Shown: one piece after another, positions 48,426 through 60,804 of the stretch | Numbering within the stretch: the stretch's first letter is position 1 | Layout of the letters: each line of letters starts with the position of its first letter | DNA from: Leucoraja erinacea | Lineage: Eukaryota | Direction: 5' to 3' | NCBI RefSeq assembly: GCF_028641065.1 | Contig: NC_073393.1 | Span: 36,146,001-36,210,000, forward strand | DNA: 64,000 nt | Notes under the pieces: generated by a model | What the model was told of the DNA's origin: nothing | Database searches by the model: none | What the model saw: the letters and a program-made list of their open reading frames with translations, nothing else | Position numbers and translations under genes: made by a program

Positions 48426-48973
48426 TGTTCATTTCTCTGACGCATGATGAAGAGCGGGACAACCAGGTTAATCTATCCCCCAGGCCATTATGAACAATCA
48501 CAGGCTAGAACTTTTTAATATCGTCACTTTTGAAAACTTTTTTATATTTTCATCTGAGGCATTTTTATGGACCACCTCTCCCTATTAAATTTTGGAGAGT
48601 CCCGAAATTCCCTCACCTGTATATCAATGACAATAAAGTTTTCAGGCATTCATTCTCACAAACTTTTTTTCTTTTTATCTCTCTTGGTGCAACCAGCTTT
48701 CTCTCCCCACCCTTCCCTCACCTGTATCACTGGCCAGGCCTTGTCCTGCCCTGCCTCTCTTCCAGCTTTCTCTCCCCACCATAATCAGTCTGAAGAAGGC
48801 TACCTACCCAAAACATCACATATGTATGTTCTCCAGAAATGCTGTCTGACCTGCTGGATTACTCCAGCACTTTGTTTATTTTTAAAGCACTTTCCCACTT
48901 CTGTCTCGTGCCTTATAGGTAAACTGGTAAGGGCTGTTTCATTTTAATTTAGTTTCGTCTCAATAAGTAACAA

Positions 48974-49730
48974 GGGCAGCACAGTGGCACAGCGGCAGTG
49001 TTTGCTGCCTTACAGCGCCAGGGACCTGGGTTCGATCCTGATTGGGTGCTGTCTGTATAGAGTTTGCATGTTCTCCCTGTGACTGGTTGGGTTTCTCCAG
49101 GTGCTTTGGTTTCCTCCCATATTCCCAAGAGGTGCAGGTTTGTCGGTTAATTGGCTTCTGTAAATTGTCCCAGTGTGTTGTCAATTTCAACAGATACACC
49201 ATAGGAACCATCCTATCTGGATGCATCACAGCTTGGTATGGCAACTGCTCTAACCAAGATTGTCAGAAATTGCTAAGAGTTGTGACGACAGCCCCGTTCA
49301 TTGCACAAACCAGCCTGCCCACATAAACGCCATCTATACTTCATGCTACCTTGGAAAACCACCTACACCCAGGTTATTCTCACTTCTCCCCAGTCCAAAA
49401 GGGCAGAAGATACAATAGCTTAAGAGCATGTAGCACTAGATTCAAGAGCAGTTCTTCATAGCTATCATCAAGCTCAAGAACAGATCTCTCATTTACTTGG
49501 GATGAATTCCTGATCTTTCAGCCAACAGCATTCTGACCCATGCACCTGTTTTCATCTGCACTCTCTGCCACTGTTATCTGTTTCACTGTGTCCCGATTCC
49601 TTTCTCTTTTGCACTGTCTGATTTACTCATGTACACCAAGACCTGCTTGGATGACAAGGTTTTCCATGTCTTCATTGTATGTTGCTGTACGCAACAATCA
49701 TAATAAACCAAACCAAACCAAGCCAAACAA
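48974..49730 (+). mobile_element. HE1 SINE 5' half joined to a Rex1 3' end
   Basis: tRNA head and V-domain to ~49175, then NRYTIGTILSGCITAWYGNCS.QD.QKL.RVV; (AAACC)n tail. Confidence 0.75.
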
Positions 49731-50710
49731 ATTCTGCCTTGCCCACTCACTGAAGTGAAATTAAAATCATTGAGAAGTGAAGATTCAGCTTACTTTGTTA
49801 ACTTAAATGTTCCGTTTCACACGTAAAATTCATCTGCAATGACTTGTACCATTTGGTCAGAGAATAACCAAATCTTTCTAACCCCACTCTCTCTGAAACG
49901 TTACTGCTCGAAGGCCATCACACATACGGCAGAGATTGCCCTTGATGAGATCCAGGCCCACATACACTATCATGGCTGTGCCCAGGGTGGTCATTGTCAC
50001 AGTAGCTCTCCACTCCCTAACTTCAGGGTCATTCCTGACTGCCACTGCAAATCGCTGCCACGTTTCAAGGTTTACTGATCATGGCTGCATTAGGGAGGTC
50101 ACCCAAATATTACTGAAGAGAGAAAAGAATGTCTACTTTTCCTCCAGCCCTAGGATGAGAATGTACATTTGCCTTTATTGGCTTCCTTAAAGTGCAGGGA
50201 TTCAAAATGCAGAACCCGCCTTTCAAGGTTCCACCTGAGCTCTCCATGATTTTCATGCACATGATGCATTCCTGCTATCAGTATTGACTTCACTAGCCTC
50301 CAATAATAACTCCAATAACCCATTTGGTGCACTCACCCTCCATTTCCATCTTTACAGCTTCTATCCATTCAGTCTCAACACTACGTGTAACTGGATGAGT
50401 TCTGGTCATGTTGTGCTTTGCCCCTTTAAACAGTGAGTGCAAACATTACACATAGAAGGCTGTGTGCTGACAACTGTGGGAATTTGTAGCATTTCAAAGG
50501 GAATACAGGGCCGAGACCACAGTGTTTTGCGGTGAAACCTGACAACGCTGTTCTATGCATTGAGGTTTTCATTCGCAGTGCAACTTCTACAAGAAACATT
50601 AAGGTGGCCCATAGTGGTGCTTAATGTTGAAAAACTTTGTTGGCAATTTCTAGACTCTTTTCCCTTTGGTTAGATTAAGAAAATTCCATCAGCTCTTCAC
50701 TTTCTATATG

Positions 50711-50873
50711 GTTTAGTTTAGTTTAGAGATACAGGGCAGAAATAGACCCTTCGGTCCACCGAGTCCGCACCGACCAGCGATCCCTGCACACGAACACTAT
50801 ACGACACACACAAGGGACAATTTTACATTCATACCAAGCCAATTAATCTACAAACCTGTACGTCTTAGGAGTG
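50711..50873 (-). mobile_element. HE1-type SINE 3' part
   Basis: (TTTAG)n tail and body. Confidence 0.8.
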
Positions 50874-53298
50874 TTACGTTTCATAACATATTCCTGGTTT
50901 CTATATGTTGTATAGCCCCACCATATGAAGAAGATGCTAAACTGACTGTAATCTGTGTACAATTGGCAATGGACACTAAATATTTCAAACTCCCTAGTGC
51001 CTATAATATCGAAGATGCAAAGATCTAGGGTCCTTAACCCATCTAAAAAGTGGTGGGAATTATACTGCATGTTGACAAATCGATTCAAAAATCAGATAAT
51101 AATCTGCTTAAATAGAAGCCAGCAGATCATCTGTATTTAGTGAACAGCTGACTGAAGCAGCCTTAAGTATCCATCAGAGGTTTGTGCTGTTAACAACTTG
51201 GGAAGGGGGAGAATTTGGCCTGCTTTCTTCTACTCTGAGGACATTACAAATAGGTAAAAGGGATGGCCATCACTCCTTGGCACTCAGCATCCCAGGCAAA
51301 CAGCTAATAGAACCAAATAGATTTTAACAAGGGCTTTAAGTCAGTGTTATTAATGTGTTATAAGCGGCACCTTTGTAATAGAATTAACCGATGATAACAA
51401 GTGGTTAGTGCCATTTAATAAATAAGTAACTTCTAGAGATAAGCATGGACAATGTTTGTAGAGACTGTATCCCAATCTAAACTATTCTGTATATTTGGGT
51501 AAAATGTTTTATTCAAGGTGGATGTATATTATATCAGTATTAATAATGGGGTTCAAACATATGAATCATTTAGCTTCATACAGAATTAGTACGGCAGTAG
51601 GTGAATAACACAGAAGGCAGATGGCACATGCGTTAGATTATGTTTCTTTGACACAAAGATGCATTTAGTACCAGAGCAGCAATGTAGGAAAGTTGTAGTT
51701 CCAAATGTCTGTCATCCACATCCAAATCAAAATAATGCCAATGGCCGGTGTGCCTTCACATTCATTATTTTTTTTCCACATGAAGTGCTTTGGATCTGGT
51801 CCCTTGTGAACTCTATCCTCTAATGTATGCTGACCTTTAGACAGAACTTTATGGAGTTTGCATATTACTGCAAGGTCTCTGCAGATTTGGTGGTTATAAT
51901 CCAAAACCCAGTTATAGGCCTCAGAGGAGTGAAATTAAATTTTGGGGGCCTTTGTACTTGGCAGACAGCAGAATTTTTTTTTACACCATGAAGCATATAG
52001 CAGTTCTCATAGTTTTCACAACAACTTCTGTTTTCATTTATTCCTAAATGAAGAACATCAGAAAGACTTTGAGAAAAACTGAGGAGAAATAGACCTTGAC
52101 AGAAATACATTAGCTACGCACACAAGAGCTGATCATTTTTCCCCAAATAATTAGGTTAATATGTGTAAGGAATGCTTCATTTTTTTTTTCAAATGAATAG
52201 GGAATATGTTTTGGCAACAATGAGATTTTAATGCCTTTTCAGTACCTATTAGCTCCGTCTATCTGTTCTTGCTTTAGCAGTCCCTTTGATCAGCTAAGCT
52301 TAGGAGAATAAATAACTTCAACATGAGGCACAAAGGTACAGTTTCATTTAGCACTGGGAAAAGGGCCAGGGGAAAAGTGGGTTCTTAATACTATAATTGT
52401 TCTCTTTTTAAATACTGGCAGGCCCTGATTTCCACTCGAGTCAGTCTGCTGTTAAGAATTCAGAGCAAAAATGTGTTGTAACTGCATGTTGACCTTTTAC
52501 CGGTTTAATGATATAAAGATTAAAGTGCCCGTGGCTTAATTTACATACCAGTCCGATACAGGATGCATGGATATGGGGATGTGAAATTAATGGAGACCAG
52601 GTGTTTGAAACAGGAGCTTGCATTCAGCTTACTCATATGTTCCTTCTGCTTCAGATCTGGCTGTGCCACATAAATATAATCCTCCTAGATTGTCCAAATC
52701 CTTTCTTAACCAGAATAGAATAATTTTGGCAACCAAAGCACAGCAGAATAAAACCATTTGCTTTATCTTTCCTATATCGTCCGCTCTTTAGGATTTGGCA
52801 GTGAAAACTAAATTGTAAAGCCCAGTTGTATTACATGTGTCGCTGCATATACAGTAGTTGTGGTTTGTCAAGGCCTATCCTTCAAAACGGAACTACTGCT
52901 AAAGTTTGAACACGGTTCAATTCTGATAAGATCAATTCACTTTTGCCAAACTAAATTTATATTTAAGAGGAAAAGGATCATTGTTGCAGATGAAATTAGA
53001 TTTAAAATAACAGGCTGGACTATCGAAATACATTTGTTTATAGTAGAGCAGTATAGGCCTTCACATAGTTGAAAGTTTGTAATTAACAAGTGGATAAGAG
53101 TAATAGTCACCCTCACTAATAAACCACTGTAATGGTGCCACAGCACAGTGTCAGCTGGTTAGTCCAAACAACCCCCAGTGTCAGATTCTACTATTAAAGG
53201 AAAGAAAATGATTATGATCAGAATGTATTAAGTAAATCTGCGGGAATAACTAATGTACGCTAATGATCGACTTTATATTTAAGTTAAATTAAGTTTCT

Positions 53299-53681
53299 TA
53301 TAGAAACTTACAAAATTCTTAAGGGGTTGGACAGGCTAGATGCAGGAAGATTGTTCCCGATGTTGGGGAAGTCCAGGACAAGGGGTCACAGCTTAAGGAT
53401 AAGGGGGAAATCCTTTAAAACCGAGATGAGGAGAACTTTTTTCACACAGAGAGTGGTGAATCTCTGGAACTCTCTGCCACAGAGGGTAGTTGAGGCCAGT
53501 TCATGGGCTATATTTAAGAGGGAGTTAGATGTGGCCCTTGTGGCCAAGGGGATCAGAGGGTATGGAGAGAAGGCAGGTACGGGATACTGAGTTGGATGAT
53601 CAGCCATGATCATATTGAATGGCGGTGCAGGCTCGAAGGGCCGAATGGCCTACTCCTGCACCTAATTTCTATGTTTCTATG
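53299..53681 (+). mobile_element. Young CR1/HER1 LINE 3' end
   Basis: Nearly identical to 44038-44422. Confidence 0.92.
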
Positions 53682-54355
53682 TTTTTAAACCAGAAAAAGC
53701 TGTAAAGTTGGCATCTTGTCCCTTCTGCCAGAGGACATATTTGTTATTCTCTCCTAGTCCAAGACAATGGTATCCCAGTTGCAGTACCCAGTAGCTACAG
53801 GATAGTATTGCACAACTTATTTACCCAGATTTTCACTTGCAAACGGACACCAAGATTTGTGACCACTTCTTTTGACAGGCTCTGCCTGTAGAAAAAACAC
53901 TTTTAACCAACATAGAGGCTAGTCAATGAACAACAGTCACACTGTTTTAATATTGCAGCAATCATTTTTATAAACACCCACACTTACTATCTAATGGTTT
54001 ATGCTGTATATGGAGTACTGACCATATCATTCATCCATGTTTTCATTTGATTGCCTAATGAAATATCATTAGCATTAATTTTGTATGGTTTATTGTTCTG
54101 TTTTGAATTATTTCACTTTTGAAAAAGTACCTGAAATAGCTGTGCAAGGTGTTTGACCTGTTACATTAAGTGTTAATGAGTTCTGTGTGAAGAAATGATT
54201 TAGTTGCATGAAACATTGTGGGTAATAAACGACATCATCACTCCTTAAAAAAAGATGGCGAGTTTTTGGACTGCATTTGTTCAGCTCACCTGCAAAATGG
54301 AAAATCATTCTTGGTGCCTTCCTTTCAAAGTTGACACAAGCAGTAAATACATAAT

Positions 54356-54675
54356 CATAGAGTCATAGAGTGATACAGTGTGGAAACAGGCCCTTCGGCC
54401 TAACTTGCCCACACCAACCAACTTGTCCCAGTTACACAAGTCTCACCTGCCTGCGTTGGTCCATATCCCCCCAAACCTGTCCTATCCATGTATCTGCCTA
54501 ACTGTGTCTTAAACGTTGGGATAGTCCCAGCCTCTACTACCTCCTCTGGCAGCTTGTTCCATACACCCATACTACCCATACAATAGGTTACCCATCAGAC
54601 TCCTATTAAATCTTTTCCCTGTCACCATGAACCCAAGTCCTCTGGTGCTCGATTCCCCTACTCTGGGCAAGAGAT
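54356..54675 (-). mobile_element. CR1/HER1 LINE 3' end
   Basis: (CATAGAGT)n tail. Confidence 0.85.
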
Positions 54676-55030
54676 TTCTTCTCCAGTTTGTGGGTCAGAT
54701 TGTGCTTGATCTGACCTGCTCACCCCCTGTGCTTGACCCCAGACCTTGGTTCCACAACTATTTCATGAATGAAGTGGACTAGGTCCCAAGGGAGGCACCA
54801 CTATCACAACCACCCTTGGGACCCTTCACAACTTGTTCTCTTGAAGGCCTGTTTCAATTATTTTAAATACATCTGATGACTGACTTAAGTTGAAATGAAT
54901 TGTTTTCAATAGCTAATTAAAAAGTAACGCGCTAACACATAAAATGCATTAAGCTGCAAATTAATTAAACAAAAATGCACTGAAATAAACAAGAATAGTC
55001 AAAGTAATTGGCTAAACTTACCTTTTCATT

Positions 55031-55471
55031 TAGGCTTAGCAATCGTTTCGCTCAACATCTCCGCTCAGTTCGCAATAACCAACCTGATCTCCCGGTGGTT
55101 CAGCACTGCACCTCCTCCTCCCATTCCGAGTCCGACCTTTCTGTTCTGGGCCTCCTACATGGCTAGAGAGAGGCCCAGTGCAAATTGGAGGAACAGCACC
55201 TTATATTTTGCTTGGGTAGTGTACACCCCAGCGGTATGAACATTGATTTCCCCAATTTCAGGTAGTCCTTGCTTTCTCCCTCCTTTCCCTCCCCTTCCCA
55301 GCTCTCCCACAAGCCTGTCTCCACCTCTTCCTTTCTTTTTCCCGCATCTTTTTCCCCCCCCCCCCCCCGACATCAGTCTGAAGAAGGGTCCCGACCCGAA
55401 ACGTCACCTATTCTTTCTCTCCATAGATGCTGCCTCACCCGCAGAGTTTCTCCAGCATTTTTGTCTACCTT
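55031..55471 (+). mobile_element. Penelope-like element 3' end (GIY-YIG domain C-terminus plus pLTR)
   Basis: RFAQHLRSVRNNQPDLPVVQH...DLSVLGLLH...KLEEQHLIFCLGSVHPSGMNIDF. Confidence 0.85.
55375..55410 (+). ncRNA. Minimal hammerhead ribozyme motif
   Basis: CTGAAGA-A-GGGTC(CC)GACCC-GAAA-CGTC; predicted cleavage after C55405. Confidence 0.7.
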
Positions 55472-55699
55472 TTCATTCAAGGAGGTGAGTGCATTCAAAT
55501 GAATGGAGTCATGTTAGTGACAACAGTGTTTGGCTGGTGTAAAAGCTGAAGGGCCAGATACAAGGTGTATCTGGTCCCTGAGATCTGCATATGACCTCTA
55601 GCTCTGTAATGCACAGGTGAGGATCCCAAATAGTGCTGTGGCTGGATGTCCGTTACCTCTGGAGCTGCTATCAGCTGATTATATGTTGGAATAATCTAA

Positions 55700-56606
55700 A
55701 GGGGGTGGCCCACTGCAGCGATTTAATCCACAAGTCCAGAAGAGTGTCTTCGACCTTCAAACTCGCGGGCACACGCCTGGAAAGCCTCGAGCTGGATCGA
55801 CCGTCCGCGTTGAAACCGTGAGCTGGATCGATCGACTGCACACAAACACATCGCAAAGGCGGGGGCCAGTAAAAGCGGGGGAGCGCTGTCTGAAATTCAC
55901 ACCCACGATGAAGAGGAAGGTTAAACGACTGCACAGCAATGGTAAGTCTTTTAGAGAGCGCGGAGGGAGAGGAGGGGGAGGGGGAAGGGGAAGGGGGAAG
56001 GGGGGGANNNNNNNNNNNNNNNNNNNNNNNNNNNNNNNNNNNNNNNNNNNNNNNNNNNNNNNNNNNNNNNNNNNNNNNNNNNNNNNNNNNNNNNNNNNNN
56101 NNNNNNNNNNNNNNNNNNNNNNNNNNNNNNNNNNNNNNNNNNNNNNNNNNNNNNNNNNNNNNNNNNAAGAGGAGGGGGGGGGGGGGGACGAAGGAGTGGA
56201 GACAATTTTAAGAAGTATAATAAAGTTTAGCGGGCATTTAACCTACCGGTTGGTTTTCCTGGGTCCTGAAAACTCCAATGAGCCAATCAAAATGCCCGAT
56301 CAGCGAAGGAGATTGCCTACAGCTGCCCTCGACTGCCTGTACCTAAATAGCAACCCCACTCCACTGCACCATGAGTTAAAAAGAACCATGCCGACCAAAC
56401 TTTACTCGCAGAAAAATTTTCAACATGTTGAAACATTTTCCGTGACCTCGCTGAGGCCACAAGTATTCGGGAACGTCTCTCGAGCAGGAGAGTTCCAGTG
56501 ACCTCTTAGGACCTCCTAGGACCACGTGTCGACCATGCTACGAGTTGGAGTCGAGGGCAAACTCTTCTAAACTCGCAGATTAGGTCGCCGCAGTGGGACA
56601 GTCCCT
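55700..56606. mobile_element. Non-autonomous PIF/Harbinger element spanning a gap
   Basis: Imperfect TIR AGGGGGTGGCCCACTGC / GCAGTGGGACAGTCCCT; TAA TSD; right half homologous to 24090-24279. Confidence 0.8.
56008..56166. other. Assembly gap
   Basis: Run of N within a G-rich tract. Confidence 1.
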
Positions 56607-57552
56607 TAAGTGTACCGTCATAAACTAAAAACACATTAATATAGGAACCCAAGATCAAATATCATACAGATTTGTTATAAATTCTCAAATTCTACATCAA
56701 AGTCACTCCTGAGGCCACTGTGACCTTCGACCACGTTTGATACACTGCAGTGTGTTTTGCATCATAAATTGTTCTTGGACAGAGTTACCTACTCCAGGTA
56801 AACCCTGCTGCATTTGGTATTTCTAGCAATCCCCATTCAATACTAATCTGACTCAGTCTCCTGGGATTAAATGGATTCAGGCATTTCCAGACTAGTATGA
56901 ATATACACGGTCTCAAAGAATGTCATTGTGTTCATAATAATGAGAAAATGTATCTTTGCTTTCAATCTCAATAGGATGAATCAAACAGGATGTCAAAGAG
57001 ATGTTGATTGACTAACTCAACCTAGCAGAGCAGTTTCCCCACCACTCTCATGCTAATACACTTCAATATCTTTTGAGTATTTTGAATGTCTATCTCTATT
57101 GATTTAAGGAATATTTGTGACTAATTACTGAAGGCTGGCATCACTGGAGAAGCAGCTTGTTGGAGTTCAGTGAAAACAACAAAACAAGGGAAGTGAATTA
57201 GCATGTGCAGCTGAATAATGCAGCTACTAAAACATTACATTAATGATGATGCCTTTCCTGAAATTAATTAAGCTCCTTCAACTATCAGGCCCAGAAACAC
57301 CTGGAAGTTCAATGCATATATTTAGGTCACCCTCACTATTTTCCAAAATTACGGATATTTCTGTAATAACGGAATAGTTTCACTTGAACCCTGCACAAAC
57401 ATTCAAGGATTCAACCAAAGCTGCTACTTCAAGTATTGTAACTCAGTCATACAGCATTGCCAGGACACGGGGGAGAGGGTAAGTAAGCTGGGAGAGAGGA
57501 GAAGTGGGACAAAACGTGGCACATAACAAACACAGGTGAGGTGAGGTGAGGT

Positions 57553-57589
<37 letters not shown>

Positions 57590-57629
57590 GGCCAGATGGT
57601 TGAAGCCATCTTTGTTGGTCATTGTGTTT

Positions 57630-58030
57630 ATCAATAACCCCCTTTGCTAGAGCCCATCTATTACTAATCAGCCTACCAGCCTGAAGAAATGTCTCGACCC
57701 AAAACGTCACCTATTCCTTTCCTCCACAGATGCTGCCTGAGTTACTCCAGCATTTTGTGTCCATCTTTGGTGTAACCAGCATCTGTAGTTGCTTCCTAGC
57801 CATCTGTTACCTGCCAGGCTTTGTGCTGCCTCTCGTCTCTCCTAGCTTTCTCCACCCACTCTCCCCCCACCCCCCCCCCCCCCGGATGCCACAATCTGAC
57901 TGAAGAAGGGTCCAGATCTGAAACGTCACCTAAGCATCTCCTCCAGAAATGTTGCCCGACCCACTGAGTTACTCCAGCACTTGGTTTCCTTCTGTGTAAA
58001 CCAGCAACTACTGCTCCATGTTTCTACATT
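57630..58030 (+). mobile_element. Two tandem Penelope-like pLTRs
   Basis: Hammerhead-type cores at ~57681 (decayed) and ~57900, each followed by GAGTTACTCCAGCA and a tail. Confidence 0.75.
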
Positions 58031-58218
58031 CAGCATTGCCATTTAATTTCCTCTTCTCGAGCAATTAGACTACAACTAAATTAGCTTTGCGGTGCCCTCC
58101 CGTAGGATGAATCCCACCTGCAATGAATTCTAAACTTAATCAACTAAACCTGTTAACTATGCAAGCTGCTTCATACCACATAGTGAGTGCTTAATGAAAT
58201 AATGCACCATTGAGATGA

Positions 58219-58665
58219 GTAGGAAGGAACTGCAGATGCTGGTTTAAACCGAAGATAGACACAAAATGCTGGGCTAACTCAGCGGGACAGGCAGCATCTC
58301 TGGAGAGAAGGAATGGGTGACGTTTCGGGTCGAGACCCTTCTTCAGACTGAGGTCAGGGGAGAGGGAGATACATAGATAAGGAAGTGTAAGGTGTGAAAA
58401 CAGGACAAAGGGAATGGAGATCAGGGAAAATGTAGAATAGATCATGGTTAGCTGGGAGAAGGTAACAACAAAGCAAACAGAATGGTTGGAGAACTGGGAG
58501 AGGGGTGGGATGGAGGGAGAAGGAAAGCAAGGGTTATGTGAAGTTAGAGAAGTCAATGTACATACCGTTGGGGTGTAAACTGCCCAAGCGTAATATGAGG
58601 TGCTGTTCCTCCAATTTGCGCTGGGCCTCACTCTGACAATGGAGGAGGCCCAGGACAGAAAGGTC
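58219..58665 (-). mobile_element. Young Penelope-like element 3' end
   Basis: Minus DLSVLGLLHCQSEAQRKLEEQHLILRLGSLHPNGM; complete pLTR and tail. Confidence 0.88.
58314..58349 (-). ncRNA. Minimal hammerhead ribozyme motif
   Basis: Minus AGT-CTGAAGA-A-GGGTC(TC)GACCC-GAAA-CGTC-ACCCA. Confidence 0.7.
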
Positions 58666-59304
58666 GATCTGGGTATCTCACCATTGAAATGACCTACGTT
58701 TCACTAATCAAACCTCAGAAACTGGTTCTCCGGGCAAAATGTCTGATGTTTATGCATGACAATAAAACAGCCGGCCTGAGCTCAAGGGAACTTTAAATGT
58801 TGCCAGTGTTTGGAGACAACCTTTAACCAGCACCTCTGACACCAAGCTAAGCACAGGCTGCCCAAGTGAGTGGCATTGCTTTGAAAATCCACCTTTATCT
58901 TGGCTAGATAACTATCAATGCAGATATTATCACCGGGAGAAATAACCATCGATGCAGATAATATCACTGCGAGGATAGTACAGCATAATCCACACAGATG
59001 ATGTGTCTTTTTTCATCGCGAGCACACAAAAATATTTCACCCTCACTGTTTCTAGGTCACTTTAAAACAATGTTAAAAAATTGTCACTTGATACGCAAAA
59101 GCTTTATGTCATTCTTCGAGTAGTTGTATAACTTTTCATAAAGAGTCTTCTGCCAAAGCTATATGCTGGTTCCCAGAGAAATCGCTTAGCCCAGGAAATG
59201 AATGTTAGTTCCACTGCAGTGAGATAGGACCCACAATGTTGTTTTCATTGTCAAGGTACGCTTTGCATAACTAAAAATAAGGTGAAATCCAGCTCAGTAG
59301 AAAA

Positions 59305-59473
59305 AGGCATGTGGGTTTGTAGGTTAATTCATCACTGCAAATTGCCCCAAGAGTGTAGGGAGTGGATAAAAACTGGGATAACATAGAACTAGTTGGAACG
59401 GCAGATCAATGGTTGGCGTGGATTAGATGGGCCAAAGGGCCTGTTTTCATGCTGTACCTCTAAACTAAATTAA
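59305..59473 (+). mobile_element. HE1-type SINE 3' part
   Basis: GGTTTGTAGGTTAATT...AAGGGCCTGTTT...CTAAACTAAA. Confidence 0.75.
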
Positions 59474-59981
59474 ACATCCTTTCACCTCCATAATCAACTT
59501 TGTTAATCTTCTCTGCACGTAGGTATATCCTTTCTGTCTGCAGCTTTCCATGTGTGATCTCACTAACATCTTACATAGTTGCAGCAGACTTCACCAATTT
59601 TACACTCCAAACTTCTTGTAATAACGCCCACATCCCATTTGCATTCCTTACAATTTGTTGCACCTGCATGCTTAAGGTTCCATGCATAAGGACACCAACA
59701 TTCCTCTTGTCATCTCTTAACCTCTCTCCAGTTAAGCAACATTCTGACATTCCGTTTTTATCAAAACAGATAACCTGCCAATTTGTTTCCCACTCACTTA
59801 ATTTTCTTATTTCCTCTTGGTGTCCTCCTCACAACTTGCTTTCCCATTTATCATCAACAAATTTGGCAACAATTTCGTGAAATTCCATCTCCCGTGTCTG
59901 TATTATAAATTATAAATAGTGCCAATCCCTGTGACAACTAACTGGTTATACTTACCCAACATGAGAATGACTCATTTATCT

Positions 59982-60098
59982 CCGAAGAAGGATCTCGACC
60001 CGAAACATCACCCATTATTTTCTCTTCAGAGATGCTGCCTGTTCTGCTGAGTTACTCCAGCCTTTAGTTTAAACCAGCATCTGCAGTTCCTTCCCACC
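59982..60098 (+). mobile_element. Penelope-like pLTR
   Basis: GAAGAAGGATCTCGACCCGAAACATC...CATCTGCAGTTCCTTCC. Confidence 0.75.
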
Positions 60099-60415
60099 CA
60101 TTTATCTCGATCATCTGCTCTTTTAGATAGCCAAACCTCTGGCCATGTCAATGTATTATTTACAATTCTATCAATTATTATACAGTAGAAATCTTTTCTG
60201 TGCCATCTTGTCTTCGGCCATTTGGAAATCCAAATATACTGCAAATAATGAATCTCCTCTATCCACTCTAATGTACATGACAAGCATAATTCCTTCTCTC
60301 ATGTTAGCTCTACTTGATTGTATTATTATTAATGAGCAAGATGGCACCATAGGTAGGTGATGCTTTACGGGTATAGGAGAGGATCTGCTACCATCCATCA
60401 CAATTGCTCCACTCT

Positions 60416-60804
60416 CAGAGTCATAGAGTCATAGAGCGATACAGTGTGGAAACAGGACATCTGGCCCAACTTGCCCACACCAGCTGCACTAGTCCCACCT
60501 ACCTGCGTTTGGTCCATATCCCTCCAAACCTGTCCTATCCATGTACCTATCTAACAGTCTATTAATAGATAGTCCAAGCCTTAACTACGTACTCTTGCAG
60601 CTTGTTCCCTACACCCACCACCCTTTGTGTGAAAAGGTTACCCCTTAGATTCCTATTAGCCCTATTACCCCTCTGATTCTTATTAAATCTTTTCCCCTTC
60701 ACCTTAAACCTATGTCCTCTGGACCTCAATTCACCTAGTCTGGGCAAGAGACTCTGTGCATCTACCCAATCTATTCCTCTCATGATTTTATACACCCTAT
60801 AAGA
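60416..60804 (-). mobile_element. CR1/HER1 LINE 3' end
   Basis: YKIMRGID...SRGHRFKVKG...FTQRVV; CATAGAGT tail. Confidence 0.85.

Noticed and set aside
58907-58974. 34-bp imperfect tandem duplication
   Set aside because: Only two diverged units; ordinary slippage
59056-59255. Possible plus-strand exon (TTTCTAG| ... AAG|GTACG)
   Set aside because: Stops in all three frames and no other support
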